64,000 bases of DNA from an uncultured Bacteroidales bacterium (GTDB lineage: Bacteria; Bacteroidota; Bacteroidia; Bacteroidales; VadinHA17), in contig CAVURA010000012.1 of NCBI GenBank assembly GCA_963743775.1, positions 100,340-164,339 of the forward strand, given 5' to 3'. The notes under the pieces are model-generated. The model was not told the origin of the DNA. It saw nothing but the letters and a program-made list of their open reading frames with translations, and searched no databases. The translations under genes and the position numbers were made by a program. Shown here in pieces: positions 40,385 to 51,244 of this stretch. Each line of letters opens with the position of its first letter. The stretch's first letter is position 1.

Positions 40385-41236
40385 ATGAAGAATGTACTTT
40401 TATTCTTAACTGCATTGGTCCTCTTTCCATCCATGGCTTTAAGTCAACAGGATTCGTCATGGTTCTCAATAAAAGAGGTGGCAAAAGACGTCTGGCAGAT
40501 TAATGACAGAGGCCCGAATATTTACCTGATCATCGGTCATGACAGCGCACTTGTTGTTGATACCGGGAATGGCGCAGCCGACCTGGCAGGACAGATCCGG
40601 AAGATGACGGACAAACCTCTCGTTGTGGTGAACACTCACGGTCACGGTGACCACACTGGGGCAAACTACCAGTTTGCAAAAGTATACGTTCATGAGGCTG
40701 ACCTTGAATCAGCCGCTGCCTCAGGAACAGCTGAACGGGCGAAATCAATACTGGAAAATCTTCGCAAGGCGGAAAGACCACGGGATGCTGAGCGGTTTAA
40801 AGGCAAGCCTTTTAATACCAGGCTGATACCGGTGACGGATGGCGACATTTTCAACCTGGGAGACCGGTGGATAAAGGTTATTGAAACTCCCGGACATACT
40901 CCGGGCAGCATCTGCCTCCTGGATATCAGTAACAAGCTTCTCTTTGCCGGTGACAACAACAATGGACTTGTATGGCTCTGGCTACCGGGGTGTCTGCCTT
41001 TGAGCAAATACCTGGAGACACTCGAAAAACAGGTGGAGAAAATGAGTGAGTTCACAACTATTTTTCCCGGTCATGGAGATCCCCTGCCGGCCGAATTCAT
41101 CCTCGATCAGGTGGCCTGTGTAAAGTCAATCCTCGACGGGACATGCCAGTCGGAGCCGTATGAACATTATTCAGGCAATCCCAGGGTGTGTGCCTTCGGA
41201 CAAGCAAAGGTGGCGTTTAACCCTGAGAATTTATAG
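40385..41236 (+). CDS. Exported MBL-fold metallo-hydrolase
   Basis: THGHGDH, PGHT, AGD, PGHG. Confidence 0.88.
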   Translation: MKNVLLFLTALVLFPSMALSQQDSSWFSIKEVAKDVWQINDRGPNIYLIIGHDSALVVDTGNGAADLAGQIRKMTDKPLVVVNTHGHGDHTGANYQFAKVYVHEADLESAAASGTAERAKSILENLRKAERPRDAERFKGKPFNTRLIPVTDGDIFNLGDRWIKVIETPGHTPGSICLLDISNKLLFAGDNNNGLVWLWLPGCLPLSKYLETLEKQVEKMSEFTTIFPGHGDPLPAEFILDQVACVKSILDGTCQSEPYEHYSGNPRVCAFGQAKVAFNPENL

Positions 41237-41263
41237 TTAATATTGCGTCTTGATTTTTAAAGC

Positions 41264-41875
41264 ATGAGCAATATTAAAACTGTTGTCTTTGACATCGGGG
41301 GTGTCCTTATAGACTGGAACCCCAGACATTTGTACCGTAAGATTTTCAGCAGAGAGGAAGAGATGGAATGGTTCCTCTCGGAGATTTGTACATATGAATG
41401 GAATGTTCAGCAGGACGGCGGTAAGCTTTTCAGCGATGCCACTGCCGAGCTCTCTGCCAGATTTCCAGAGTACAGTGACAAAATCGCCCTTTATTACGGC
41501 CGCTGGGAGGAGATGCTTGGCGGGGAGCTCAAGGATACCGTAAAGATCTTCAATGAGCTTAAATCGGCCGGAATGCCCCTCTACGCGTTGACAAACTGGT
41601 CACATGAAGCTTTTCCTGTAGCTTTTGAGCGCTATGGTTTCATGAAACAATTCGATGGCATTGTGGTTTCGGGGTATGAGAAGCTCCTCAAACCTGATCA
41701 TGCCATTTACCGGGTACTGATGAGCAGGTATAATATCAATCCGACAGAATCAGTTTATATTGACGACAACAAAGCCAATGCGGAAGCGGCCGCAGAGCTG
41801 GGATTCTATTCGATACACTTTCAATCGGCAGACCAGCTCAGACAGGAACTGCGGTCCTTAGGCCTTGAGGTCTAG
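41264..41875 (+). CDS. HAD family phosphatase
   Basis: FDIGGVL, LTN, KP, IDD. Confidence 0.9.
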   Translation: MSNIKTVVFDIGGVLIDWNPRHLYRKIFSREEEMEWFLSEICTYEWNVQQDGGKLFSDATAELSARFPEYSDKIALYYGRWEEMLGGELKDTVKIFNELKSAGMPLYALTNWSHEAFPVAFERYGFMKQFDGIVVSGYEKLLKPDHAIYRVLMSRYNINPTESVYIDDNKANAEAAAELGFYSIHFQSADQLRQELRSLGLEV

Positions 41876-41935
41876 ATTTCCGTGTTTTTGCACTGGAGGA
41901 TCTTTCTGTCTATATTTGAGAGTAAATCTATTCTC

Positions 41936-42703
41936 ATGAAAAACATACAGAAACAAGGTCTTATTTCCCGCCCCCGATCGGGTATTTCATCATTCTGGGG
42001 AGTGAAGCACTTCATTATGATTGCGTCTTTTCTGCTTTTCCTGAATGGAATTGTTTTTTCCCAGGAGACCGTGGTCGTGACAACAGTCCAAAAACCTGCG
42101 GAGACGGAAAAAAAGGATTCCCTGACAGTTAGCGAAGAAACCCCGGCCAAGACTGTTCAGGATACGGCTTCCGTTCCAAAAACAACGAACACCGAGTTAT
42201 TGAATGAGCTGGTATTGCAGACCAACTCTGTAATAACATTTGACAAACTATCAGTTGGTTTGGGAATTGGGCAGGATTACGGCGGGTTCGGCGGTAACAT
42301 CCTGTATTACCCGCAGAGAAATTTTGGACTTTTTTGCGGTATCGGGTACAATCTGGCCGGTGTGGGTTATAATCTTGGGATTAAATCCAGGATTGCCCTC
42401 GGGAGCAGCACCAGTCATGTGTTGTTATCTGCCCTGGCGATGTACGGGTATAATGCCGTGATCAAGGTTACTGACATGAGGGAACTGAATAAAGTATTTT
42501 ACGGTGCCACTGTTGGGGTAGGTCTGGATTATAAGCCTTTTAAGTATTCGGACAATTACATAAGCGTATCCTTATTTGTGCCGTTCAGAAGTTCTGAAGT
42601 ACAGGAATATATGGATTATTTGGAACAGGTCTACGGCGCGGTGTTTGAACAAGGTTTATTTCCTATAACATTTTCAGTCGGGTACAGGATAGTCTTTCAA
42701 TAG
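41936..42703 (+). CDS. Hypothetical outer-membrane beta-barrel protein
   Basis: Signal-like segment, Gly/aromatic beta strands, terminal GYRIVFQ; TATATTTG at 41911-41918 places the start at 41936 or later. Confidence 0.6.
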   Translation: MKNIQKQGLISRPRSGISSFWGVKHFIMIASFLLFLNGIVFSQETVVVTTVQKPAETEKKDSLTVSEETPAKTVQDTASVPKTTNTELLNELVLQTNSVITFDKLSVGLGIGQDYGGFGGNILYYPQRNFGLFCGIGYNLAGVGYNLGIKSRIALGSSTSHVLLSALAMYGYNAVIKVTDMRELNKVFYGATVGVGLDYKPFKYSDNYISVSLFVPFRSSEVQEYMDYLEQVYGAVFEQGLFPITFSVGYRIVFQ

Positions 42704-42739
42704 ATTAATTCAGATTATGGATGAACAGTTAACCCGGCA

Positions 42740-44512
42740 ATGATGAGGCGAATCCTTTTTGCATCTGCTATTCTGCTCTTTTGCCTGCCTTCTTTTACAT
42801 ACGGTCAGAATAAAAGCCCTAAACGGGGTATTTGCGGCGATGCTTCACCTCAGGATCTGGTCGTGCTGGCCCCATCTGTTACCTGGTATTACGACTGGGG
42901 GGTAGAACCTCCTGCCGTGTCACAGGGCCAGCTGTCAGGGATCGAATGGGTACCTATGTGCTGGGGCGCCGTGTATCCGGGTGATGTGCCTGGCATTGAA
43001 GCCAGGATACCGGCCGGGAGCAAATACCTCCTTGGATTTAACGAACCTAACTTTAAATCGCAGGCCAACCTGACGCCTGCACAGGCTGCCTCAATGTGGC
43101 CAAATCTTGAAAAAATTGCAGCTGACAAGGGTCTGGAACTTGTAAGTCCCGCAGTAAACTGGTGCGGCGATTGTGTTGATGGAGTTACCAACGATCCGGT
43201 TGACTGGCTCGATAAGTTCTTTGCCGCCTGTCCGGGCTGCAAAGTCGATTATATTGCCATTCACAGCTATGCCCCCGGCTCAGCAGCCTTAAGCAACTAT
43301 CTGGATAAATTCAGGAAATACAACAAGCCTTTGTGGATCACCGAGTTTGCTCCATGGGACCCACCAAAGCCCGATTTTGAAGGCGTCGTGAAATACATGA
43401 AGGAAGCAATTCCGATACTTGAAAACGACCCGGTTGTGTTCAGGTATTCATGGTTTGCAACAAGGGTTGGCATTAATCCGGATATAAGCCTGTTAGGGGC
43501 AAACGGGGCCCTGACAAAACTGGGACAGCTATATGCTGCCATGGCGTTTCAGGGTATGACTTCCGATCTGCCTCCAGTAACAATGGCGGGAGCGGACATT
43601 TTTATAAATGAGCCTGCATCAACAACAACCCTTAAAGGATCTGTGTATGATGCAAACGGAGATGTGCCATCCATTGCCTGGACCCAGGTCAGCGGTCCGA
43701 ATACCGCAGTATTTGACAATACTTCTATCGCCACTCCGGCAGTATCAGATCTCGTTTCCGGTGCATACACTTTCAGAATCACGGCCACCGCAGGAGACAA
43801 AACAGATTATGATGAGGTTTCGGTAACGGTGGGCCCTCCGAACATAGCGCTCAACAAACCGGCAACAGCATCATCCGTGGAAAGTGTCTCAACGCCGGCC
43901 TCGGCTGTCAATGACGGGAATAAGAGTACCCGGTGGTCATCAGCGTTCTCTGATCCGCAATGGATAAGAATTGATCTTCAGTCTGCATACAATATTACCG
44001 GTGCAAGAATCTTCTGGGAGGCGGCCTCTGCAAAGAATTTTGAAATCCAGGTTTCAAACAATGCGACAACATGGACGCGGGTATTTTCAACCACCAGCGG
44101 AGACGGCGGAACTGATAATTTTTCATTCACAGCAACCGCCAGATATATCAGGATGTTATCAACTGCCAGAACCACTCAATATGGGAATTCAATCTATGAA
44201 TTCGAAGTGTTCGGCACCTTGCAGACAGGAATTAAAGATCAGCCTGCCGAGGAAACATTTTCGGTATATCCCAATCCTGCATCAGGAGGCATCGTAAATA
44301 TTTCATTCAGCAGTGACTGGGCGGGCGAAGATGCAATATTGTCAGTCAGCAGTATTTCCGGACAATTGATCTGCTCTGACAGGATACATATGTTGCATGA
44401 AGGAACCGGGGAAATACTTTTTCCCATAGATGACCAGATGAGTTCAGGCATATATATTCTGACAGTCAGCAGCAAGCGTGGCATAAAGCATACGAAGCTG
44501 ATAATTAACTAG
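42740..44512 (+). CDS. T9SS-secreted GH128-like beta-1,3-glucanase with PKD and CBM32 (F5/8) domains
   Basis: KRG, WYYDW, VPMCW, LGFNEP, WITEF, YSWF; WTQVSGP; NIALNKP..TRWSS..YEFEV; SVYPNPA..GIY....K CTD. Confidence 0.85.
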   Translation: MMRRILFASAILLFCLPSFTYGQNKSPKRGICGDASPQDLVVLAPSVTWYYDWGVEPPAVSQGQLSGIEWVPMCWGAVYPGDVPGIEARIPAGSKYLLGFNEPNFKSQANLTPAQAASMWPNLEKIAADKGLELVSPAVNWCGDCVDGVTNDPVDWLDKFFAACPGCKVDYIAIHSYAPGSAALSNYLDKFRKYNKPLWITEFAPWDPPKPDFEGVVKYMKEAIPILENDPVVFRYSWFATRVGINPDISLLGANGALTKLGQLYAAMAFQGMTSDLPPVTMAGADIFINEPASTTTLKGSVYDANGDVPSIAWTQVSGPNTAVFDNTSIATPAVSDLVSGAYTFRITATAGDKTDYDEVSVTVGPPNIALNKPATASSVESVSTPASAVNDGNKSTRWSSAFSDPQWIRIDLQSAYNITGARIFWEAASAKNFEIQVSNNATTWTRVFSTTSGDGGTDNFSFTATARYIRMLSTARTTQYGNSIYEFEVFGTLQTGIKDQPAEETFSVYPNPASGGIVNISFSSDWAGEDAILSVSSISGQLICSDRIHMLHEGTGEILFPIDDQMSSGIYILTVSSKRGIKHTKLIIN

Positions 44513-44685
44513 CAGGATTACCCGGTTTATGGGAGTTAAGTGTTTAGGGTTCAGCTAATCCGGCCCGCAAATTTTTAGCATAAATTAAAATTGTTAACTT
44601 ATTCCTCATAAATAATTTATGAAATTTATTGTCGAGCCCCATATTAATCATATTAATTAATATTTTTGCCTCAGAAGGTTAATAA

Positions 44686-44748
44686 ATGATTCAGGCTATT
44701 GCAACATTGTCGCTAAGCATTACATTAAGGATAAATGCATCCGGATGA
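44686..44748 (+). promoter_or_regulatory. Putative 20-aa leader peptide (MIQAIATLSLSITLRINASG) upstream of gltB
   Basis: ORF begins 18 nt after TATTTTTG (44661-44668) and precedes a terminator-like hairpin. Confidence 0.55.
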
Positions 44749-44777
44749 GAGGGGTATATTAATACAGGAATTAAAAT

Positions 44778-44810
44778 AACCGTTCTCAGAGAAACAGAGA
44801 CCGGTTTTTT
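44778..44810 (+). terminator. Attenuator-like terminator in gltB leader
   Basis: AACCGTTCTC-N9-GAGACCGGTT (one mismatch) followed by T run. Confidence 0.6.
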
Positions 44811-44830
44811 AGTTTTTAATAACACCAACA

Positions 44831-47800
44831 ATGGGAAAGAAAACAGAACGGCCAGGTGACCAGGGACTATACAGACATGATTTTGAGCATGGAAGCTGCG
44901 GGATAGGTTTTGTTGCTCATATTAAGGGAGAGAAATCTCATACAATCATCAGCCAGGGTCTTGATATACTCAGGAACATGACACACAGAGGTGCCGAGGG
45001 CGCTGACAGCAAGACGGGTGACGGCGCCGGCATTATGATACAGGTGCCTCGCGATTTTTATCTTATACAGGGCTATAATTTACCCCAGGAAGGCAAATAC
45101 GGTACAGGACTGATCTTCCTTCCCCAGGACAGTACTGAAGCATCGAGATGTGAGGAACTGCTGGGATCAATTACTGCAGAAGAAGGAGCGTCTCTTATTG
45201 GTTTCAGGGAAGTACCTCGCAATAATTCGGTCCTCGGTGATATATCAGGGGCAACGGAGCCTCACATCAAACAGGTATTCATTAAGGCTGACCTGCCGCA
45301 GGAAGATCTGGAAAGAACATTATATATCATCCGAAAACGAGTTGAGAGGGCTGTACGTGAGTCTGACCTGAGACAAAAAAGCTTCTTTTATATTCCCAGC
45401 TTGTCATCGCGCGTGCTTGTCTATAAAGGTATGCTCACTTCTGTTCAGCTGAGGGATTATTATTCTGACCTTACAGATAACCGGCTGGAAAGTGCTATTG
45501 CCATGGTACATTCAAGGTTCAGTACAAACACTTTCCCGAGCTGGGATCTGGCTCAGCCATTCCGCTTCCTGGGACATAACGGGGAGATCAATACAATAAG
45601 AGGGAACAGAATGTGGATGGAAGCCAGGGAATCTATTCTGAAATCGGAAAAACTGGGAGATCTTGCCAGGATTTACCCTCTTATAGAACCTGACAAAAGC
45701 GATTCCGCTTCACTGGACAACGTCCTCGAATTCCTCATCATGAGTGGCAAGAGCCTGCCCTATGCAATGTCAGTATTAATTCCCGAATCAGTCAATGCCA
45801 AAAATCCTATTCCGGGCGAGCTGCGCGACTTTTATCATTATTATTCAACTATCATGGAACCGTGGGACGGTCCGGCTTCACTGATCTTCTCAGACGGAAG
45901 ATATATTGGCGGCATGCTTGACCGGAACGGGCTAAGACCCTCAAGATATGTAATAACAACTAATGACCTGATAGTAATGGGATCAGAAGCAGGTGTGCAG
46001 ACATTTCTGCCTGACCAGATACTTGAAAAAGGAAGACTTAAGCCAGGCAAAATGATGCTGGTTGATACTAAGGAAGGGAGGGTCTTTTACGACGCGGAAC
46101 TGAAAGAAAAGCTGGCAGGTGAGTTTCCTTACGGGAAGTGGATAAAGCAGAACATGGTAAACCTTGAGGAGATTGAAACCGGACATCTTGAAACTCCGGA
46201 GCTGGGTCCGGTCTATGAAAATTACATTATCTCGTTTAATTACTCTGCGGAGGATATCGATAAAATAATCGGGGAGATGGCTGCAACAGGCAAGGAACCG
46301 ATAAGTTCTATGGGTAATGATGTGCCGTTAGCTGTCCTGTCAGAAAAACCTTATCGTCTTTTCAATTATTTCAAGCAGCATTTTGCACAGGTGACCAATC
46401 CTCCTATTGATCCTATCAGGGAAGAACTGGTAATGACCCTTTCGGGATATCTGGGATCCTTGCAGCAAAACCTCCTTGATGAGAGCCCTGATCATGTCAA
46501 GATGGTAAGATTCCGAAACCCGGTAATTTCAAACACCTACTTCCAGATTGTTAAGAATCTGCGCTACAAAGGCTTTTCTGCCGCCAGCCTCAAGATGCAT
46601 TTTGATGCCGGGAAAGGAGAAGAAGGGCTGCGCCATGCAATTGACCAGCTGTGCCGGGATGCGGAAAAAGCTGTGGATGAGGGTAAGAACTATATCATCC
46701 TGTCTGATCGTGGCATTGATGAGAACACCGCCCCGATGCCTTCACTTATTGCAGTCTCTGCAGTGCATCATTACCTGATAAAGAAACGGAAGAGGATGCA
46801 GATTGATATTGTGGTTGAATCTGCTGAACCGCGTGAGGTTATGCACTTTGCGCTACTCTTCGGCTATGGTGCCAGTATAATCAACCCTTATATGGTTTTT
46901 GCCATAATCGACAGGATGGTGAAAGAGAAGGCAATACAACTCGACTACCAGAAGGCCGAGGAGAATTATATCAATTCAGTCCAGAAAGGCATACTGAAGA
47001 TCATGTCAAAGATGGGGATAAGCACTTTGAGGAGTTACCGTTCTTCACAAATATTCGAAGCGGTTGGAATACATCCTGATGTAATCGACAGCTACTTTGA
47101 GGGCACTGCATCCAGGATAGGGGGCATTGGACTGAGTGAGATTGCCGAGGAGGTTCTTATTCCCCACAGACATGCATTTGCTGAAGAACACGAGGAAGAC
47201 ATACTGACAGAAGGGGTGTATTCATATCGCAGGAACGGTGAAATGCATGCCTGGAATCCCGAGATTATAGCGCACCTCCAGTGGAGTACAAGAACAGGTG
47301 ACCGGAGCATCTTCAGGGCATATACGGAGAAGGCTGACAAGGATACAGCCCGTCCGTTGTTTATCAGGGGTCTGGTTAAGATCAGGAAAAATCAAATTCC
47401 TCTCGTGGAGGTTGAACCCGCCGAAAATATCATGAGGAGATTCGTAACGGGAGCAATGTCTTACGGATCAATAAGCAGAGAAGCGCATGAGTGTCTTGCC
47501 GTTGCCATGAACCGTATTGGTGGAAGAAGCAATACCGGTGAAGGGGGTGAGGACCCTGCCAGGTTTGTTCCCCGCGAGGACGGGACGAGCGTCAGAAGTG
47601 CAATAAAACAGGTAGCCAGTGGGCGCTTCGGCGTCACAACGGAATTTTTGGTCAATGCTGATGAGATTCAGATAAAAATAGCCCAGGGAGCCAAGCCGGG
47701 TGAGGGAGGGCAGCTTCCGGGTCACAAAGTGGATAACATCATCGCCAAGACCAGATATTCCATTCCCGGCATAACCCTTATCTCGCCTCCCCCGCATCAC

Positions 47801-49366
47801 GATATATACTCTATTGAAGATTTGTCGCAACTGATTTTTGATCTTCGTAATGTAAATCCCCGTGCCAGAATCAGCGTCAAACTGGTCTCTGAGGCTGGTG
47901 TGGGAACAATTGCTGCCGGAGTTACAAAGGCCGGAGCTGATCTGATAACAATATCGGGTTTTGAGGGAGGCACCGGCGCTTCTCCTGCTTCATCAATAAA
48001 GCATGCAGGACTTCCGGTTGAGATGGGAGTGGCGGAGACGCAGCAGACACTGGTGATGAACAATTTGCGCCGGAAGGTCATACTTCAGGCTGACGGTCAG
48101 CTAAAAACCGGCAGGGATGTGATAATTATGGCTTTACTTGGCGCTGAGGAATTCGGATTTGCCACGGCTGCCCTGGTTGTCCTTGGTTGTGTCATGATGC
48201 GAAAATGCCATCTGAACACATGCCCCACGGGTGTGGCAACACAGAATTCTGAGCTCAGAAAAAGATTTACAGGTAAAGCTGAAAACCTCATCACATTCTT
48301 CCGGTTTCTGGCAGAAGATGTCCGTGAACACCTGGCAGAGATGGGATTCAGTAAACTTGATGACATAGTCGGCCGTTGCGACCTTCTCGAACGGAATCCG
48401 GAGGTAAACCACTGGAAGACAAAAAATATAGACCTCACAGCGCTGCTCCGGATACCTGACGAAGCCCGGACAAATCAGGTATACTGCACCGAACGAAATG
48501 TAAACAAAGTGGGAGAGGTTCTTGACCTAAGCCTGCTTGAAGAAGCAGAAAAAGCTATCTCACAGAAAAGCCCTGTAGCGATCTGCAGGTCAATCCGAAA
48601 TACAGACCGGGCTACAGGCGCCATGCTCTCAGGCAGAATAGCTGAACGTTATGGGTCATCCGGCTTGCCTGAAGGTACAATTAAATGCAGGTTCACCGGT
48701 TCAGCAGGACAAAGCTTCGGGGCTTTTCTTGCGGCAGGAGTTGAGTTTTATCTTGAAGGGGAGACAAATGACTATCTCGGCAAAGGACTCTCTGGCGGGC
48801 GTATTATCGTCAAGCCACCGCCAGGATCGATGTTCGAGGCAGACAGGAATACAATTATAGGGAACACGGTGCTTTATGGTGCAACCGGCGGAGAAGCATT
48901 CATATCAGGTGTGGCCGGGGAAAGATTTGCAGTTAGAAACAGCGGTGCTATTGCCGTAGTCGAAGGCACAGGCAATCATTGTTGTGAATATATGACAGGC
49001 GGAAGGGTCGTTGTGCTTGGAAAAACCGGCAGCAATTTCGGCGCAGGTATGAGTGGTGGCATTGCTTATGTTTATGATGAGGATGGTGACTTTGACTATT
49101 ACTGCAATATGGGAATGGTTGAACTTTCACTGGTTGAAGACAACAGGGATATCGATGAACTTACCTCCCTGATATCCGGTCACTACCGGTACACAAACAG
49201 TAAAAAGGCAAAAATGATTCTTGACGACACCGATAGATTTATTCCCAGGTTTATCAAGGTCACTCCATATGATTATAAAAAAGTACTTGAAGAGCAAAAA
49301 CTTGAAGAGATAAAGAGGAAACTCGCAAATGTTGAGATGGATGTGGAAATGGGCGCAGGTTATTGA
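44831..49366 (+). CDS. gltB: Glutamate synthase large subunit
   Basis: CGIGF N-terminal nucleophile, HSRFSTNT, AQGAKPGEGGQLPG, CVMMRKCHLNTC, GXGXG domain. Confidence 0.98.
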   Translation: MGKKTERPGDQGLYRHDFEHGSCGIGFVAHIKGEKSHTIISQGLDILRNMTHRGAEGADSKTGDGAGIMIQVPRDFYLIQGYNLPQEGKYGTGLIFLPQDSTEASRCEELLGSITAEEGASLIGFREVPRNNSVLGDISGATEPHIKQVFIKADLPQEDLERTLYIIRKRVERAVRESDLRQKSFFYIPSLSSRVLVYKGMLTSVQLRDYYSDLTDNRLESAIAMVHSRFSTNTFPSWDLAQPFRFLGHNGEINTIRGNRMWMEARESILKSEKLGDLARIYPLIEPDKSDSASLDNVLEFLIMSGKSLPYAMSVLIPESVNAKNPIPGELRDFYHYYSTIMEPWDGPASLIFSDGRYIGGMLDRNGLRPSRYVITTNDLIVMGSEAGVQTFLPDQILEKGRLKPGKMMLVDTKEGRVFYDAELKEKLAGEFPYGKWIKQNMVNLEEIETGHLETPELGPVYENYIISFNYSAEDIDKIIGEMAATGKEPISSMGNDVPLAVLSEKPYRLFNYFKQHFAQVTNPPIDPIREELVMTLSGYLGSLQQNLLDESPDHVKMVRFRNPVISNTYFQIVKNLRYKGFSAASLKMHFDAGKGEEGLRHAIDQLCRDAEKAVDEGKNYIILSDRGIDENTAPMPSLIAVSAVHHYLIKKRKRMQIDIVVESAEPREVMHFALLFGYGASIINPYMVFAIIDRMVKEKAIQLDYQKAEENYINSVQKGILKIMSKMGISTLRSYRSSQIFEAVGIHPDVIDSYFEGTASRIGGIGLSEIAEEVLIPHRHAFAEEHEEDILTEGVYSYRRNGEMHAWNPEIIAHLQWSTRTGDRSIFRAYTEKADKDTARPLFIRGLVKIRKNQIPLVEVEPAENIMRRFVTGAMSYGSISREAHECLAVAMNRIGGRSNTGEGGEDPARFVPREDGTSVRSAIKQVASGRFGVTTEFLVNADEIQIKIAQGAKPGEGGQLPGHKVDNIIAKTRYSIPGITLISPPPHHDIYSIEDLSQLIFDLRNVNPRARISVKLVSEAGVGTIAAGVTKAGADLITISGFEGGTGASPASSIKHAGLPVEMGVAETQQTLVMNNLRRKVILQADGQLKTGRDVIIMALLGAEEFGFATAALVVLGCVMMRKCHLNTCPTGVATQNSELRKRFTGKAENLITFFRFLAEDVREHLAEMGFSKLDDIVGRCDLLERNPEVNHWKTKNIDLTALLRIPDEARTNQVYCTERNVNKVGEVLDLSLLEEAEKAISQKSPVAICRSIRNTDRATGAMLSGRIAERYGSSGLPEGTIKCRFTGSAGQSFGAFLAAGVEFYLEGETNDYLGKGLSGGRIIVKPPPGSMFEADRNTIIGNTVLYGATGGEAFISGVAGERFAVRNSGAIAVVEGTGNHCCEYMTGGRVVVLGKTGSNFGAGMSGGIAYVYDEDGDFDYYCNMGMVELSLVEDNRDIDELTSLISGHYRYTNSKKAKMILDDTDRFIPRFIKVTPYDYKKVLEEQKLEEIKRKLANVEMDVEMGAGY

Positions 49367-49383
49367 ACATTAAGAATAAGGCG

Positions 49384-50805
49384 ATGGGTGATATAACGGG
49401 ATTTTTAAAGATAAAAAGAAAAGAAGCAGGAAACAGGCCTGTTGTCGAGAGGATATGTGATTTCAGCGAGGTTGAACAGATACTTAACAGTGAAGACCGG
49501 ATGCTGCAGGCCGCCAGATGCATGGATTGCGGTGTTCCCTTCTGCCACTGGGGCTGCCCTGTCGATAACTTAATTCCTGAATGGAATGAATTACTGTTCA
49601 AGGGAGATTGGAAAGGGGCTTATAAAAGGCTGAACGCCACAAATAATTTTCCTGAGTTTACAGGAAGGATATGTCCCGCACCCTGTGAACATGCATGTGT
49701 TCTGAATATTCAGCTTGACCCTGTAACTATTCGTGAAAATGAAGTGGCAATAACTGAAAAAGCATTTTCTGAAGGATACATAAAACCTGTCCCTCCCCGA
49801 AGCAGGACTGGTAAAAAGGTTGCAGTTATAGGAAGCGGCCCTTCGGGTATGGCAGCAGCAGATTTACTTAACAAGGCCGGACATGAAGTGACTCTTTTTG
49901 AAAAGGAAGCCAGGGCAGGAGGATTGCTCAGGTATGGTGTGCCGGATTTCAAGCTCAGCAAGATAACTATTGACCGGAGACTGGGAATAATGTTAGAGGA
50001 AGGCCTGACTATCAGGACCAATGTTAATATTGGAATGGATATTCCTTTTCAGGACATTGTAAATCAACATGATGCTGTGTGTATTGCCACAGGTGCCTCT
50101 CTGCCGCGTGACCTCATGGTGGAGGGCAGAGATCTGAATGGCATCCATTTCGCTCTTGATTTCCTGGTTTCACAGAACAAAATCAACGGGGGGGAATCTG
50201 TCGGCACTGCAGAACCTGTCAGTGCCAAAGGAGAAAGGGTGGTGGTTATCGGAGGAGGAGATACAGGCTCTGACTGTGTGGGAACGGCTATACGTCAGAA
50301 AGCTTCTAGTATCACCCAGATCGAGATTTTGCCAAAGCCACCCATGGCCAGAACTCCTGATAATCCATGGCCCTTTTATGCCCGAGTCATGAAGACCTCT
50401 ACTTCCCAGGAGGAGGGATGTGAAAGGATATGGTCATTATCCACAGTGAGGTTTATCGGGCATGATGGAAATGTCACAGGAGTGGAGGTGGAAGAGGTGG
50501 AATGGATTGAAGAAGAATCAGGGTATTCAATGAAAATTATTGATGGCACACGCAGAATAATTGATGCTGACCTGGTGCTGCTGGCTCTTGGGTTTATTCA
50601 CCCGGCTAATTATAGTTTAGCTAAGGATTTAACCGTCAACCCTGATGGGAGATATAAAGCCAAAACAGGCCAGGGTCACGAGACCGGATTCAATAAAGTC
50701 TTTGCCGCCGGAGACGCTGTAAACGGAGCCAGTCTGGTTGTTTATGCAATTGCATCCGGCAGGAGTGCCGCCAGAGAGATAGACAATTTCCTGAGGAAGA
50801 TGTAA
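49384..50805 (+). CDS. gltD: Glutamate synthase small subunit
   Basis: RCMDCGVPFC..GCP, GRICPAPCE, GSGPSG, GGGDTGSDC; ATG at 49384. Confidence 0.96.
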   Translation: MGDITGFLKIKRKEAGNRPVVERICDFSEVEQILNSEDRMLQAARCMDCGVPFCHWGCPVDNLIPEWNELLFKGDWKGAYKRLNATNNFPEFTGRICPAPCEHACVLNIQLDPVTIRENEVAITEKAFSEGYIKPVPPRSRTGKKVAVIGSGPSGMAAADLLNKAGHEVTLFEKEARAGGLLRYGVPDFKLSKITIDRRLGIMLEEGLTIRTNVNIGMDIPFQDIVNQHDAVCIATGASLPRDLMVEGRDLNGIHFALDFLVSQNKINGGESVGTAEPVSAKGERVVVIGGGDTGSDCVGTAIRQKASSITQIEILPKPPMARTPDNPWPFYARVMKTSTSQEEGCERIWSLSTVRFIGHDGNVTGVEVEEVEWIEEESGYSMKIIDGTRRIIDADLVLLALGFIHPANYSLAKDLTVNPDGRYKAKTGQGHETGFNKVFAAGDAVNGASLVVYAIASGRSAAREIDNFLRKM

Positions 50806-50821
50806 AACCAACAAAGAAGAA

Positions 50822-51244
50822 ATGGAAACGCCACTGTTAAAAGACCCTGATGCTTATCCTTCAGATGAAATACTGAGAAATGTTTTGAAGGACAGCTATT
50901 CTGCCTACGTGGAAACCATGAAGCAAATCACCGGTGTCGGTTACTTGCTTGTACCACAATGGAATTATTATAAGGACGGGAAGGCCTGGCTGTGCAAAGT
51001 TGGATACAAAAAAAAGACAGTGTGCTGGCTATCTGTTTGGGACGGATATTTTAAAGCTGGATTTTACTTCGTTGAAAGACACTGCCCCGGGATACTTGAG
51101 CTTGACATTGACAAAAGCATTAAGGAAGAATTCAAATCAAAAAAACCGATTGGCACCCTGTTCCCCCTGGCAATTACTGTCACCTCAAAAGAGCAGATTA
51201 AGGATCTTCTGGCTGTGATTGAGTATAAAAAGAGTCTGAAATGA
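50822..51244 (+). CDS. DUF3788-like hypothetical protein
   Basis: WNYYKDGKAWLCK..KKKTVCW pattern. Confidence 0.65.
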   Translation: METPLLKDPDAYPSDEILRNVLKDSYSAYVETMKQITGVGYLLVPQWNYYKDGKAWLCKVGYKKKTVCWLSVWDGYFKAGFYFVERHCPGILELDIDKSIKEEFKSKKPIGTLFPLAITVTSKEQIKDLLAVIEYKKSLK

